From a virus: a stretch of DNA of 64,000 nt. Within the stretch, counting starts at the first letter, position 1. Each line of letters starts with the position of its first letter. This document shows, in pieces, positions 1-9,395 of the stretch. Position numbers and translations under genes: made by a program. Location of the stretch: positions 5,309 to 69,308 of IMG/VR virus record IMGVR_UViG_3300005613_000049; one strand, 5' to 3'. The notes beneath the pieces were generated by a model that made no database searches, was not told the origin of the DNA, and worked only from the letters and a program-made list of their open reading frames with translations.

Positions 1-572
1 TTAATACTTCTTTCATACCTAGGTGCAAATCCGGAACAACCTACATTATAAGTATTATTTAAAATACTCACTCTATCAACATACTCATTAGACTTAAAAA
101 TTCTATTTAAAGTAGGTTCTTCACTTTTAGCTTTTTCTTCAGTTAACACCTCTACAACCCTCTCTACAATATCTTTAGATGATGGTTTCCAGAAAATATT
201 ACCACCATTAAATTTTGGATTACTATATTGACTAGCTCCAACATCGCCATCAAATTCAGGTGGGTCAAACCATACATTTTGCCAACAATCTAAGTCAGAT
301 GAATATATTAACTCATCAACCCTATTATTGTCAAATAAATATTTCATTCCCCACATTTTACTACCAGATAAACAAAAATCATTTAATTCAATAATCTCGG
401 CAGACACACCCATGAATTCAAAATCAAAATTAGTTAATAAAATAATATTTTCAACTTTCCAACCAACCTCCAACATATTTTCTATCTGAACCCTTAACAA
501 AACATCCATTCGTTCAAAAAAATATCTAGATCTACCAGACCTCTGTTTATTAGCTACCATTAACCTTTTCAT
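1..572 (-). CDS. putative GT-A fold glycosyltransferase (GT8-like), runs off the window edge
   Basis: Read by hand: ATG at 572-570 overlaps the TGA of the upstream ORF; MKRLMVANKQ... is open to base 1 and contains a DxD-like SDLD and an FNGG motif. Confidence 0.55.
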   Translation of the reverse strand, partial: MKRLMVANKQRSGRSRYFFERMDVLLRVQIENMLEVGWKVENIILLTNFDFEFMGVSAEIIELNDFCLSGSKMWGMKYLFDNNRVDELIYSSDLDCWQNVWFDPPEFDGDVGASQYSNPKFNGGNIFWKPSSKDIVERVVEVLTEEKAKSEEPTLNRIFKSNEYVDRVSILNNTYNVGCSGFAPRYERSI

Positions 573-1450
573 ATTACGATCTCCTTTTCCCCACCATTAA
601 ATATAAAACTCACCATCTTTTCTTTACATTTGTCACTATTATCTTTCCATTCTCCATCCCAGATAGTTAACAGATCTATATTCTTATCCTTACAAAGCTG
701 TAGTTTAAGTAAATCCCTATTTTTGTCCTGATGCCAATATTCCCCATTATACTCTATAGCCTTATTAAAATCTGGCATAAAAATATCTAACTCAAACCCA
801 TTTCCAGTATCAGGATTAGATATTTGAGTTCGATTATTTTGCGAAACCTCAATATCCAAAGACTTAATAAAATCCCTTACTTCTATTTCTCCTTTAGATA
901 TAATACCTACACAATATGGGCATCTATAACCTAATAACCAATTTGCCCATGTAATACTATGCTTATGACCTTTCGGGCAAATGTATTTTAATTTTCGTTT
1001 GGAGTTTATATATTTATCAGACAGAACACTATACCCCTCTTCTCCAAACTTAGTTTTTATAAAATCAAAATCTAACTTTATCCCACCATTACAATACGGG
1101 CATCTAGATCCTCTCTTCCAAAAACGCCAACTAACATAATATTCATGTTTCTTTGGACATAAAACTTTTAATTTCTCGTGACAATTTATATACTCTGCTG
1201 ATAATAAAACATATCCTTCCATCAAAAAACACTCCTGAATTTTTTTAAACATCTCGTTATTTTTATCTTTTTTTAAATCACATACACATTTTCTTACTCT
1301 TCTCCAATTATTCCAACTAACAAAATGAATTTTATTATACGAACAAATATACTTTAACTTTTGATTATTATTCTTATACTTCTTTGTTAAAAGTGTACAT
1401 CCTTCTTTTTCAAATTGTTCTCTTATATATTCAATAGTTAATCGCTTCAT
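569..1450 (-). CDS. putative homing endonuclease: repeated zinc-ribbon modules plus C-terminal Vsr/DUF559-like nuclease
   Basis: Three KLKYIC..H....W..W..G.RCPYC repeats followed by ELDIF...AIEYNGEYWH. Confidence 0.7.
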   Translation of the reverse strand: MKRLTIEYIREQFEKEGCTLLTKKYKNNNQKLKYICSYNKIHFVSWNNWRRVRKCVCDLKKDKNNEMFKKIQECFLMEGYVLLSAEYINCHEKLKVLCPKKHEYYVSWRFWKRGSRCPYCNGGIKLDFDFIKTKFGEEGYSVLSDKYINSKRKLKYICPKGHKHSITWANWLLGYRCPYCVGIISKGEIEVRDFIKSLDIEVSQNNRTQISNPDTGNGFELDIFMPDFNKAIEYNGEYWHQDKNRDLLKLQLCKDKNIDLLTIWDGEWKDNSDKCKEKMVSFIFNGGEKEIVI

Positions 1451-2358
1451 CCTTGTATCCCAGTTTCAATCTCCTCAGTAAAATTTTTTACTAACTTAGC
1501 ATGCCCCCATCTTCTGCCTTTATTAGCTTTGAATTGCTTAACTATTATAGTAGCATAAGAAACAAGCCTATTCTCACCCTCAGATTCCCACCACGGCATA
1601 GGATAACTAGGTTGCCCATCTTTACTATCTTGGTGTTTAACATGATTTGGGACTATTCCACAAAATTCTCCTCGAAAAGACATCATTTTAAATCCAAGCT
1701 CCCATGCCCTATTCTGCAAATTTGCATCGTCGTGTCCATAAAACTTAAGATTAGTCTCATCATATCCACCAATTTCTATAAATTCTTTCTTAAAATATCC
1801 CTGCCGTCCTCTCAACAACTGTCTACTTTTAGCAAATATTGCTTTTTCTGGTTGTTCATTTGCTAATTTATTTATAAAATTTGCAAATCCGCATTTAAAA
1901 TAATCAGACGGAGGTGTGAACGCGTCTGCATCTATATTATTCACTATGTCGCCAGTGGCCACTTGAAAAGCTATATTTCTTGAATGAGACATATCAAAAT
2001 ATTCAGGTTCTTCCGTCCTACAATAAATTAATTTACCACTCTCAATATGCTTCATCATTTCGCTTTTTATCCACCCATTCACATCATCTTTCTTACTATT
2101 ATAATCTAATACCACAAACTCTACATTATCATAATCAGAATTATCTTTTATATTTTGTGGAAGTGTTTGTTTTAAGTTATCTAATCTATCAGCACAAGTA
2201 GTACATAAAGAAATTTTATAATTTTTAGTAACAGGCTTAGTAAATCTCCCATCCCAACAAAGAAACCCGTTTCTTTCCCGCATACTCCTATACCAGGCAT
2301 CTTCCAAATATTTAGCTAACTTTTTAGTATCTATAAATCCCTTCTTAACTTCTCCCAT
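1447..2358 (-). CDS. glycosyltransferase family 2/7-like
   Basis: ISLCTT..DR, VVLDYNS, SRN, NIDAD (DxD), GGYDE..YGHDD; likely start MGEVKK after RBS (ORF track begins at 2400). Confidence 0.8.
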   Translation of the reverse strand: MGEVKKGFIDTKKLAKYLEDAWYRSMRERNGFLCWDGRFTKPVTKNYKISLCTTCADRLDNLKQTLPQNIKDNSDYDNVEFVVLDYNSKKDDVNGWIKSEMMKHIESGKLIYCRTEEPEYFDMSHSRNIAFQVATGDIVNNIDADAFTPPSDYFKCGFANFINKLANEQPEKAIFAKSRQLLRGRQGYFKKEFIEIGGYDETNLKFYGHDDANLQNRAWELGFKMMSFRGEFCGIVPNHVKHQDSKDGQPSYPMPWWESEGENRLVSYATIIVKQFKANKGRRWGHAKLVKNFTEEIETGIQG

Positions 2359-2380
2359 ATATACCCCCTTTCCAAAAATA

Positions 2381-2947
2381 TTATTTATTTTCAAATACAA
2401 GTATAGTATTTCTAAACCACTTTAAAGAACTATACTTCCTTAAATCTTTACTCCTTTTCTCATCAAACACCAACCCCCTCTTAACAAACTCACTAATTAC
2501 ATAGTCATTTGGTTGTTCATTAAAATGACCTTTTCCGCCTTGCCCAGGTATAGCCCAACTTAATACTAGATCTTTATTTACAAACTGACAAACATTGTCA
2601 ATAAATACTTGTTCGTGCTCCTTAGGTATGTGTTCTCCAACTTCAATAGAAATCACAGTCTCGTATTTTATATTAACATACCTTATCTTAGTAAGGTCTA
2701 AAACCATTATATCATCATATATACCCAACGATGATATATTTGGAGTGCCTTCATATCCATGTACTATCGAAACACCCGCCTCCTTAAAAAATCTACAATA
2801 ACTTCCGTTACCACACCCAACATCAGCAATTGACTTAGTACCATGGTATAATTTAATAATTCCATTAGCTAGCTCAGGATCAAATCTATGACGCTTCTTT
2901 GCTACCTCAATACTCCATATACCGGTCTCCTTATCTATGTCACTCAT
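2381..2947 (-). CDS. class I SAM-dependent methyltransferase
   Basis: ADVGCGNG motif I; SIEVGEHI. Confidence 0.85.
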   Translation of the reverse strand: MSDIDKETGIWSIEVAKKRHRFDPELANGIIKLYHGTKSIADVGCGNGSYCRFFKEAGVSIVHGYEGTPNISSLGIYDDIMVLDLTKIRYVNIKYETVISIEVGEHIPKEHEQVFIDNVCQFVNKDLVLSWAIPGQGGKGHFNEQPNDYVISEFVKRGLVFDEKRSKDLRKYSSLKWFRNTILVFENK

Positions 2948-2953
2948 AATTTA

Positions 2954-3817
2954 TCACTCCTCTAAATATTCGCATCTATATCCTTTATGATGATTTTGTT
3001 TACATTGAGCAACTCTTATCAAAAGGGTGTAATGTAACTTTTCCTCTTTATAATTCCTACAGAAATCAACGATTCCATGTACAAAAATTCTCTCTCCTAT
3101 AGGTGTTATCACAATGTATCTTCTTGCCTTCTTACTATTACTGCCAATTTGTGCCTTAGATATTTTACTTCGTGTTATACTACTAAGGTGTTTTCCATAA
3201 CATCTGTGATTTCTACCACTACATGATTTAGATATTTTTTCTTTTGTTTCTTTTGTATGGCGCTTTCCATACATAGGATTATTCTCACCTTTTGCTAAAC
3301 CCAATTCTACTCTGACCTTAGATATTTTCTGCCTACTTTCTTCCGAATGAGTAATACCTTTATGCGCATCAGATATTTTTTTCTTAGTCGCCTCGCATAA
3401 TCTTTTGCCACTGTGAATTAATGATATTTTTTTCTTAGTTTCATCTGTTACCTTAACCCCAATACGAGCGTTTGACATCCTTTCCTTAAATTCCTCCGAA
3501 TGTCTAAACCCAACACTTCCTTTCCCACCTTTAGTCAAATTATACCCATTCCCAAAAGCGTTATACTTTTCTATCGCCTTAATTTCTGCATTATTTAATT
3601 CATCGTATGTTTCACAATAGTCAAGAACATCCCAGTCAAAATTATCCACACCGTATTTTCTAATAGCTCTGTGAAAATACATATTGTATTTATTACATAG
3701 AGCATCAGATATGTGTTGAGATTTTCTCTCTTCAAACGACCTAGTAGTTTGCCCTACATAAATCTTACCATTAATTTTATTGGTAGCTCTATAAATTATA
3801 CCAAACATACTCTCCAT
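2954..3817 (-). CDS. GIY-YIG homing endonuclease with NUMOD3 repeats
   Basis: GIIYRATNKINGKIYVGQT, GYNLTKGG, repeated HSEE.K.KIS. Confidence 0.9.
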   Translation of the reverse strand: MESMFGIIYRATNKINGKIYVGQTTRSFEERKSQHISDALCNKYNMYFHRAIRKYGVDNFDWDVLDYCETYDELNNAEIKAIEKYNAFGNGYNLTKGGKGSVGFRHSEEFKERMSNARIGVKVTDETKKKISLIHSGKRLCEATKKKISDAHKGITHSEESRQKISKVRVELGLAKGENNPMYGKRHTKETKEKISKSCSGRNHRCYGKHLSSITRSKISKAQIGSNSKKARRYIVITPIGERIFVHGIVDFCRNYKEEKLHYTLLIRVAQCKQNHHKGYRCEYLEE

Positions 3818-3877
3818 ATTACTCCCTTACTAATTCCTACCACATCTCTGTACATCCTAAAACGCCTTATATCCACT

Positions 3878-3961
3878 TTATAATGATAATAAAAAATCAC
3901 ATTTATGGTGTTTATTAGCTGTATCTATTGACCAAATACCAGTATCTTTATCTATTGACAT
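3878..3961 (-). pseudogene. truncated 27-codon copy of the N-terminus of the 2381..2947 methyltransferase
   Basis: Translates to MSIDKDTGIWSIDTANKHHKCDFLLSL*, compared with MSDIDKETGIWSIEVAKKRHRFD. Confidence 0.7.
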
Positions 3962-4001
3962 TTTTTCACCTATATATCACTTTCATACATTATTTTTATA
4001 A

Positions 4002-4793
4002 CTAATCTATTGTAAAATCAAATATTTTTTTAGATAAATCTCTTAACTCTTCATTCTCTAATAACTTAAAATCTCTACTATTAATCTTCCTCCATCTATT
4101 TTCTAGATCCATATCCAGACAATTATACTGATATTTTCTCCAATCAAATGTCGATGGTGTACTATACATTATATTAATGCCTTCGTCAATAAACGGTTCA
4201 TCTATATACTTTGATATACTCTTTCTATATTCCTCACTCTTACACAATAAATTGTAATTTACTGGAAACCAAAAACTATCTTCATTGAAGCCAATAAAAA
4301 AATTTTTTGCATACAACATCCACATATCTATCAAATACTTTTTTTCCTTTTCTACATCCCCATAATAAGAATTCCTTCTAACTATTTCCCTATTACCAAA
4401 ATAACTTGCGAACCAATTAAAAGGATCTCTTAATATAATAAATATATATTTTTTAAAATCTCTACCAGTGTCAAAATTAATTAATTGTTTATTGCTCAAT
4501 ATATCAGTATATTCTGGATACCTACTAGTCTTATGACCAGCATTTTCAAAACTTATTATTTGAATATGTCCAAATTTAGGCATTGGTATTGGGATTTTAT
4601 CCTTTATTTCTCCGTAACCCATATAATCATTTAAATAAGTTTGATTACGTTTTAGAATTTTATACTCATCACGTGGAGAAACATTAGAATCAAACTCCCT
4701 ATTATGTCTACTAATAAAACTACCAAGAGCATGATTTCCAGAACGATAAAGTCCCCATATTAAAACTTCTTTAATATTTTTATTACTAATCAC
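4002..4793 (-). CDS. sulfotransferase-like protein
   Basis: N-terminal GLYRSGNH (5'-PSB-like) and IILRDPFNWFAS (3'-PB-like) motifs. Confidence 0.6.
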   Translation of the reverse strand: MISNKNIKEVLIWGLYRSGNHALGSFISRHNREFDSNVSPRDEYKILKRNQTYLNDYMGYGEIKDKIPIPMPKFGHIQIISFENAGHKTSRYPEYTDILSNKQLINFDTGRDFKKYIFIILRDPFNWFASYFGNREIVRRNSYYGDVEKEKKYLIDMWMLYAKNFFIGFNEDSFWFPVNYNLLCKSEEYRKSISKYIDEPFIDEGINIMYSTPSTFDWRKYQYNCLDMDLENRWRKINSRDFKLLENEELRDLSKKIFDFTID

Positions 4794-5356
4794 TTCCTAC
4801 ATACCCATACACTACTATTCTTAATCACCTCAAATTTTTCACCTAAATATTCATCAACAGCTCTCATAGTTCCTTCATGCGAATATTTATAATCATGACC
4901 AGTAAAAAACATTCCTTTTTTAACTAACGGATACCACGATTTCAAATCAGATAAAACATTTTTATATCTATGATCAGCATCAATAAAGACCAAATCAAAA
5001 TAATTCTTTGGAAATATTGTAGCAGCTTTTGCAGATTCTAATCTAACAACATTAAGTTGTCTGAATTCTCGCATTAACTTACACGCTTTAAAATATCCAT
5101 TATCCCACCCATCTTTAGCGGTATTAATATATCTATCCATATCACGCTCGTAATTACTATCAGTTATGTCAACGATTTCTTCCCAGGGGTCAACAGCCCA
5201 ATACTGTGTAATTATATCCCCACATTCCTTTAGAAGAGTACTAGTTAATCCAGACTTCCACACACCTATCTCAGCTATTATACCAATTTTTTCCTTTTTC
5301 ACCATCTCTATTAAAACATCACGGTGGCTTCTAACGTCCTCCCACAATAAATTCAT
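4790..5356 (-). CDS. class I SAM methyltransferase (Methyltransf_24-like)
   Basis: AEIGVWK, AVDPW, FDLVFIDADH.Y, GHDY. Confidence 0.85.
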   Translation of the reverse strand: MNLLWEDVRSHRDVLIEMVKKEKIGIIAEIGVWKSGLTSTLLKECGDIITQYWAVDPWEEIVDITDSNYERDMDRYINTAKDGWDNGYFKACKLMREFRQLNVVRLESAKAATIFPKNYFDLVFIDADHRYKNVLSDLKSWYPLVKKGMFFTGHDYKYSHEGTMRAVDEYLGEKFEVIKNSSVWVCRK

Positions 5357-5954
5357 AAGATCTGACCTCCCCAGTTATTGGTATTTTTACATCATACGCC
5401 TTAACTTTTTCCAATTTCAACGAACATATTTTTACTAATTCTTCCAAATCATAGTAGGAAAACCCCCAATGAAACTCATTTGGATCCAACTCCGTACCCT
5501 TTACCGTTATATTAAGTATAATTTTACCACTACTTTTAAGGACCCTATTCATCTCTTTATAACCATCCTTACGTTGATCAACCTTTACATGTGCTAATGT
5601 GTCTAATGACACAATATAATCATAAGAATTATTTTTACCAGGAAGATTAGTAACATCTGATTGAACAGTATTCATACCCCACTTCTTACTAGCAAAATCT
5701 ACATATACACTTGATGTATCAGTACCAACATAACTAAACCTATTCAATAAAATTAACCCTATTGAGGCAAAAGTAGTACCTGGGCCAACACCAATTTCAA
5801 GCACGGATTTGTCATAAAAATCATATTCCAATAAATTCCTCACAATAACCTGTCTCTTCCATATATTATCCAAATCACCAGAAACAATCTTTCTTTTAGC
5901 TTGCATATCCCAATATTTAGATACATTATTATCTACCATATAACTCCTTTTCAA
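5331..5954 (-). CDS. class I SAM methyltransferase
   Basis: VLEIGVGPG, GTD, YDYIVSLDTLAH, RVLKSSG. Confidence 0.85.
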   Translation of the reverse strand: MKRSYMVDNNVSKYWDMQAKRKIVSGDLDNIWKRQVIVRNLLEYDFYDKSVLEIGVGPGTTFASIGLILLNRFSYVGTDTSSVYVDFASKKWGMNTVQSDVTNLPGKNNSYDYIVSLDTLAHVKVDQRKDGYKEMNRVLKSSGKIILNITVKGTELDPNEFHWGFSYYDLEELVKICSLKLEKVKAYDVKIPITGEVRSYEFIVGGR

Positions 5955-6858
5955 CTATCTCAATAAATTGTTTAACTCTAATCTCACTACTATGGTTTTT
6001 TCTAACAAATTCCATACCATTTTTGGCAATTTCTTCACGTTCATTTTCATTCTTAAGAAAATACCTTATTTTATCTTCAAAGTCACTAAAATCATCTTTA
6101 TATAAAACTAAATGGTATCCAGGCTTATATCCTAATTCCTCCAAATCTTCAGGCCTAGTTGTTAATAAAAAACTACCACACGCCAATACTTCACTATATT
6201 TCCCACTTAACTGTTTATATGCAATATTCGATGTACAAAAAATTTTCGACTCATTTATCTTTTTTACATATTCTTCAAACCAAACATTTCCTATAAATGA
6301 ATTTATACCATCCATGTTTGCAACAAGTGATTTCAACACCTGTCTATTTTTATGTCTAGTACTATTCTTATGTTCTTGTATAGCTATCATAACATCTACA
6401 GTTTTCTCAAGATGTTGGTCATAAAAATAGTTTGTATCTACAGCGTATGGTAAAAGAAAATGTTTACCTCTAATTCCATTTTTATTTAAATCTCTCACTA
6501 CTTGTCCCATAGGACCAAAAATTATATCATATTTTACTTTATTAAAGTGATAATTATATCCTCTAAACGTCTTTGGGTCATAATCACCACATATATGAAC
6601 CATCGGAACACCTCTAACATCTTCAAGTCCTTTGGCAAGAGCTTTGTCTCTATGCTCAAAATGCGTTAATACTATATCTATACCAGGATTATTATTTATA
6701 ACATCAGTAACAGTTAAATTTTTATCATATCCATCATACCCAACCCCGAAAAATATAACATCGTGCTGTCTAGCTAATTCTCTTCTAAATAATTCATGGT
6801 TCCAATTACCTTTCTTAATATTTCCAAGCCTATTCCATGCTACTAGCAATATTTTCAA
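5929..6858 (-). CDS. GT-B glycosyltransferase (CgeB/Glyco_trans_1_2-like)
   Basis: LPYAVDT, EVLACGSFLLT, IRYFLKNENEREEIAKNG. Confidence 0.8.
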   Translation of the reverse strand: MKILLVAWNRLGNIKKGNWNHELFRRELARQHDVIFFGVGYDGYDKNLTVTDVINNNPGIDIVLTHFEHRDKALAKGLEDVRGVPMVHICGDYDPKTFRGYNYHFNKVKYDIIFGPMGQVVRDLNKNGIRGKHFLLPYAVDTNYFYDQHLEKTVDVMIAIQEHKNSTRHKNRQVLKSLVANMDGINSFIGNVWFEEYVKKINESKIFCTSNIAYKQLSGKYSEVLACGSFLLTTRPEDLEELGYKPGYHLVLYKDDFSDFEDKIRYFLKNENEREEIAKNGMEFVRKNHSSEIRVKQFIEIVEKELYGR

Positions 6859-7477
6859 AATTTATCACCATCCTTTGAACACTAAATGACTCAGCTAATT
6901 CTACACCTACTTGAATACCACGCATTTCGGCAACTCCTGAAATAAATTTGTCTGAAAAGTAAGATCTATCTAACCCATACTGAGACTCGTACTGTTGTAA
7001 AGACTTTATTTTTATTTGAAGATCTTCCTTAGACACACTAACATAAATTTCTGGTTTAAAATCTATATCACTCCATGGTAGTTCATAGTTCCACAATATT
7101 TTATCCTTAAAAGCCCTAAGAGATTCAACACCAACTACTACATGGTCTTGATGTAAGCTTTTAATACTAGGAGAAAAAATATAATCTGGGTTTATCTTTT
7201 TCTTACAATCTATTAAATGTTGTAATATTTCTTGTCTAAATTGAAATACTCTCCTTGCTGGATAATTAAATACAAAACGATTACTTTCTTTTATATTAAG
7301 CACACTCATTGATGCATGCCATTCTTTTGAAAATCCAGATGTTATAGGATAACTGTCTGATGCACTAAATACTATAGAATATACATCGTACCCCTTATGT
7401 ACCAACTGGTGTAATGTAGCTCCACATCCCAACTCTGCGTCATCAGCATGACAACTAACTGCTAATATTTTTTTCAT
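6830..7477 (-). CDS. PIG-L/LmbE family deacetylase
   Basis: HADDAELGCG, HQDH, YESQ motifs. Confidence 0.85.
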   Translation of the reverse strand: MKKILAVSCHADDAELGCGATLHQLVHKGYDVYSIVFSASDSYPITSGFSKEWHASMSVLNIKESNRFVFNYPARRVFQFRQEILQHLIDCKKKINPDYIFSPSIKSLHQDHVVVGVESLRAFKDKILWNYELPWSDIDFKPEIYVSVSKEDLQIKIKSLQQYESQYGLDRSYFSDKFISGVAEMRGIQVGVELAESFSVQRMVINFENIASSME

Positions 7478-7521
7478 TTCTATACAATAACAACCCCTTT
7501 CTTACAATATATATAATTTTA

Positions 7522-8202
7522 CTATTTTTTATAATAACCAAGTTCAACGGCAACTTCATTAAATTCATGTGTAGATAAAAACTCATTATCCATTTTCTTT
7601 ACCATAGTAACATAAGTAAAATTCTTCCTATAAGGTGTTTTTACACCATACCTTTGGGCCATTTCTCTTATATCAATTATCTCATAACCACACAAACTGG
7701 CAAGTTTCGTATAAAAAATAGGTGTATAATGAAATAACCCATGATGTTTAGATGGAGCTCCTCCACTATATTTATCTGACGGGTTAGATCTAATAATAAT
7801 ACCACCTTTTTCACACAAATTGTGTATATTTTTATTAAATTCGTACTGGTTCTCTACATGTTCAGCCGTACCAAAATCTACTACAAAATTAAATCTATTT
7901 AGTTTATCTATATAAATAGGTTTAGACAAATCATACCTCAGTATGGATTTATTCATGCGCTTTTCTGATTCACTAATACTATCAGTTCCTATACCAAGGT
8001 CGATCACCTCAACTTCAAACCCTTTACCTTCAAAATATTCACTAGCCAAACGATTAGACGTATATTCATGTGCATCTTTTCTGATCCATAAATCACCGAT
8101 TTCACATAATCTCAATTCATTACAACCATCAATATATTTTTTATACTCTAACCATCCTAAAACCTCTTCAAAATATTTTATATCTTTAAAATGCATTCCC
8201 AT
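7522..8202 (-). CDS. putative methyltransferase
   Basis: CEIGD, IDL, DLSKP, DFGTAEHV, GGIII. Confidence 0.6.
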   Translation of the reverse strand: MGMHFKDIKYFEEVLGWLEYKKYIDGCNELRLCEIGDLWIRKDAHEYTSNRLASEYFEGKGFEVEVIDLGIGTDSISESEKRMNKSILRYDLSKPIYIDKLNRFNFVVDFGTAEHVENQYEFNKNIHNLCEKGGIIIRSNPSDKYSGGAPSKHHGLFHYTPIFYTKLASLCGYEIIDIREMAQRYGVKTPYRKNFTYVTMVKKMDNEFLSTHEFNEVAVELGYYKK

Positions 8203-8858
8203 TATAATATATCCTTCCCAATTGATAACACAGTTAGTTTTTTAATAATATGTTTTTTACAACTACCTATTAATAATTTTTTAAGAGCATCTTCCTCGTT
8301 TTTAAGTTTAACACACCCCAAATCAAGGAATTTTTTCTCCCAATAATAAGGTGTTTTACCAGCGTTGAGGTGTGGACGGCTAAAACTATAAGCGGCTGTG
8401 AACACTATCAATCTAGAAGAAGCTCTAAACAAATTAGTAACAAAAGCATCCTCCTCCTCTGGTAAAAGATGCTCAGCTGTTTCTATAGAAAAGGCACAGT
8501 CCCATTTTCCACAATTAATTTCTTTACCAACATTACCAACTCTTATAAAATCACTAATATTTTCAGGTATACACTCCCTAGCTAAATCAGCCCCAATATC
8601 AAACCCTAACACCTTCTCTGTTTTAGCTTCTAAAGCACCTTCTAAATATGACCCTAAACCACACCCAAAATCCACCATAGATTTTATATTAAGAGAATCA
8701 GAAATAATTTTACCAGAATCCATTTCCCACCCACGCCATTTAATACGTCTACAATAAAAATCTTTACTATATAAATTTAATGGGTCTTTTCTATAAAGAT
8801 CTCTAATAGCCGGAATTTCTTTATCCCACTTTTCTTTAGTCCATCCCACTATATACAC
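8202..8858 (-). CDS. class I SAM methyltransferase
   Basis: VDFGCGLG, SIETAEHL. Confidence 0.8.
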   Translation of the reverse strand: MYIVGWTKEKWDKEIPAIRDLYRKDPLNLYSKDFYCRRIKWRGWEMDSGKIISDSLNIKSMVDFGCGLGSYLEGALEAKTEKVLGFDIGADLARECIPENISDFIRVGNVGKEINCGKWDCAFSIETAEHLLPEEEDAFVTNLFRASSRLIVFTAAYSFSRPHLNAGKTPYYWEKKFLDLGCVKLKNEEDALKKLLIGSCKKHIIKKLTVLSIGKDIL

Positions 8859-9378
8859 CGCCTTTTTTTACCCATACACTAGCATCCAATAAGTCAATTT
8901 TATCAAAACACTCATCTACCGCTTTTTTTACACCAATTTTACTACCGCCATAATCATGACCAGTTAATAAACCGTTATTTTTTACCAATGGTTCCCAATA
9001 TTTAATATCACTAATTACAGATTCATATTTATGATCAGCATCAATAAAAACCAAGTCAAAATAATCTTTTGGAAAAATATTAGAAGCTTTAATAGTATCC
9101 ATCCTCAAAATATGCAACTGTGGAAACCAATACATCATTTTACATGCATAAAAATACAACTCATCCCACTTTTCCATAGTAAGATTACTATAATTCCAAT
9201 GAGTATCCAATGACCATTTATCTATCGCCCAATACTCACCAACAATGCTACCACACTTTCTCAACACCCTTTTAAGTGTATGTGACTTCCAAACACCAAT
9301 CTCAGCAACTTTTAAATCATTTCTACCAAATCCGTTTAATAATTCAATTAAAACATGTCCATGTGTTCTATGATCCAT
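8836..9378 (-). CDS. class I SAM methyltransferase (Methyltransf_24-like), paralog of 4790..5356
   Basis: AEIGVWK, FDLVFIDADHKY, GHDY. Confidence 0.85.
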   Translation of the reverse strand: MDHRTHGHVLIELLNGFGRNDLKVAEIGVWKSHTLKRVLRKCGSIVGEYWAIDKWSLDTHWNYSNLTMEKWDELYFYACKMMYWFPQLHILRMDTIKASNIFPKDYFDLVFIDADHKYESVISDIKYWEPLVKNNGLLTGHDYGGSKIGVKKAVDECFDKIDLLDASVWVKKGGVYSGMD

Positions 9379-9395
9379 TATCTACCCCTATGTAT

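Noticed and set aside
2948-3877. Group I intron containing the GIY-YIG gene
   Set aside because: Only about 60 nt and 6 nt of flanking sequence, too little for a ribozyme core; the downstream gene has its own complete start
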